64,000 nt of DNA from positions 9,636-73,635 of the IMG/VR virus record IMGVR_UViG_3300036045_000005, one strand, 5' to 3'. Source of the DNA: a virus. Positions 63,584 to 64,000 of this stretch are shown piece after piece; the first letter of the stretch is position 1; every line of letters begins with the position of its first letter. The notes beneath the pieces were generated by a model that was not told where the DNA came from, searched no databases, and was given only the letters and a program-made list of their open reading frames with translations. Position numbers and translations under genes: made by a program.

Positions 63584-64000
63584 ATGGGTAAAGATGTAAC
63601 CAAAAGAGCGGAGACGGCCGTAACCGTCGTTGACTTTAGCCCAATCAACCCTGTACCCAAAGAGGCAAAAACACCCCTGTTTGATTGGCATAACCCAAAC
63701 TTGACCTTTGATGATGTAGACCCGGCCAACTATTTCAGTATGCAGGATTTGCAGGTGTGGCTGAAAGAGCGGGGCGCGGACGGCCGTGTACTGAATGTAA
63801 CCGGGGCCAGTACGGAATGGGTGTTTGACCCGGAAAAAGGTGAAGCAACGGGCAAATGGAAACCGTGTCTGCGGTTTGCCGAGACGGAAACGATGTTGGT
63901 GATCAACCATACCCGCAAGAATCAACTGAAGGAGATGACCCACTCCCCCTTCTTGCGCGATTGGGCAAAGGTGGGACACATCGTCATTCGCCCGGACATC
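63584..64000 (+). CDS. Truncated ORF, putative OB-fold ssDNA-binding-like protein
   Basis: GGAGG RBS; open to the window end; K..L.F.E....L.IN.T....L......W pattern. Confidence 0.5.
   Translation, partial: MGKDVTKRAETAVTVVDFSPINPVPKEAKTPLFDWHNPNLTFDDVDPANYFSMQDLQVWLKERGADGRVLNVTGASTEWVFDPEKGEATGKWKPCLRFAETETMLVINHTRKNQLKEMTHSPFLRDWAKVGHIVIRPDI

Larger units (their letters stand above)
1..64000 (+). mobile_element. Tailed phage genome segment (siphovirus-like, possibly a phage-plasmid); neither end visible
   Basis: Ordered terminase-portal-head-tail module at 14.6-39.8 kb, flanked by dense unidirectional phage-type accessory genes and a ParA cassette. No host housekeeping genes. Confidence 0.95.

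Noticed and set aside
1-64000. CRISPR array or mini-array
   Set aside because: No regularly spaced 23-47 bp repeats were seen. The recurring octamer is too short and irregularly spaced.
1-64000. Stop-codon reassignment
   Set aside because: Conserved genes are full length under the standard code, and TAA, TAG and TGA all occur as gene ends.
1-64000. tRNA, tmRNA or rRNA genes
   Set aside because: No cloverleaf with T-loop and CCA signature was recognised by eye in intergenic regions. tRNAscan-SE would be needed to exclude them formally.

Overview
The whole window is part of the genome of a tailed dsDNA phage with a siphovirus-like, HK97-fold head, most likely temperate. Nearly all genes are on the + strand. 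A Chloroflexota (Anaerolineae-like) host is inferred from an FLPLV motif, Pro/Thr linkers, an EAD7-like domain and a GTAG-type REP remnant. Layout: (1) 0-14.4 kb, accessory and DNA-modification genes: two PAPS-reductase-like PP-loop proteins, DUF488, Mom-like, C5 methyltransferase, GNAT plus a TGT-like protein, MT-A70 and an HD protein. (2) 14.6-39.8 kb, packaging, head and tail genes. (3) 39.8-43.7 kb, an atypical envelope/lysis block with a GH128-like hydrolase, a LysM protein, an orphan PAS-histidine kinase, an EAD7-like protein and an RlpA-like protein. (4) 44-47 kb, small membrane proteins and a lipoprotein-anchored FtsK-like ATPase. (5) 47.8-64 kb, SNF2, IbrAB, a kinase, HAD phosphatases, antirepressor, ParA partition cassette, cold-shock protein and SWIM genes. 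No integrase, tRNA, CRISPR array or reverse transcriptase was seen. The main non-gene signals are the strongly over-represented palindrome ACGGCCGT (also reused at gene junctions), a conserved leader-terminator element before three late operons, two operator families, three candidate programmed frameshifts and a Sar-like antisense RNA. All protein calls come from reading motifs by eye, with no database searches.
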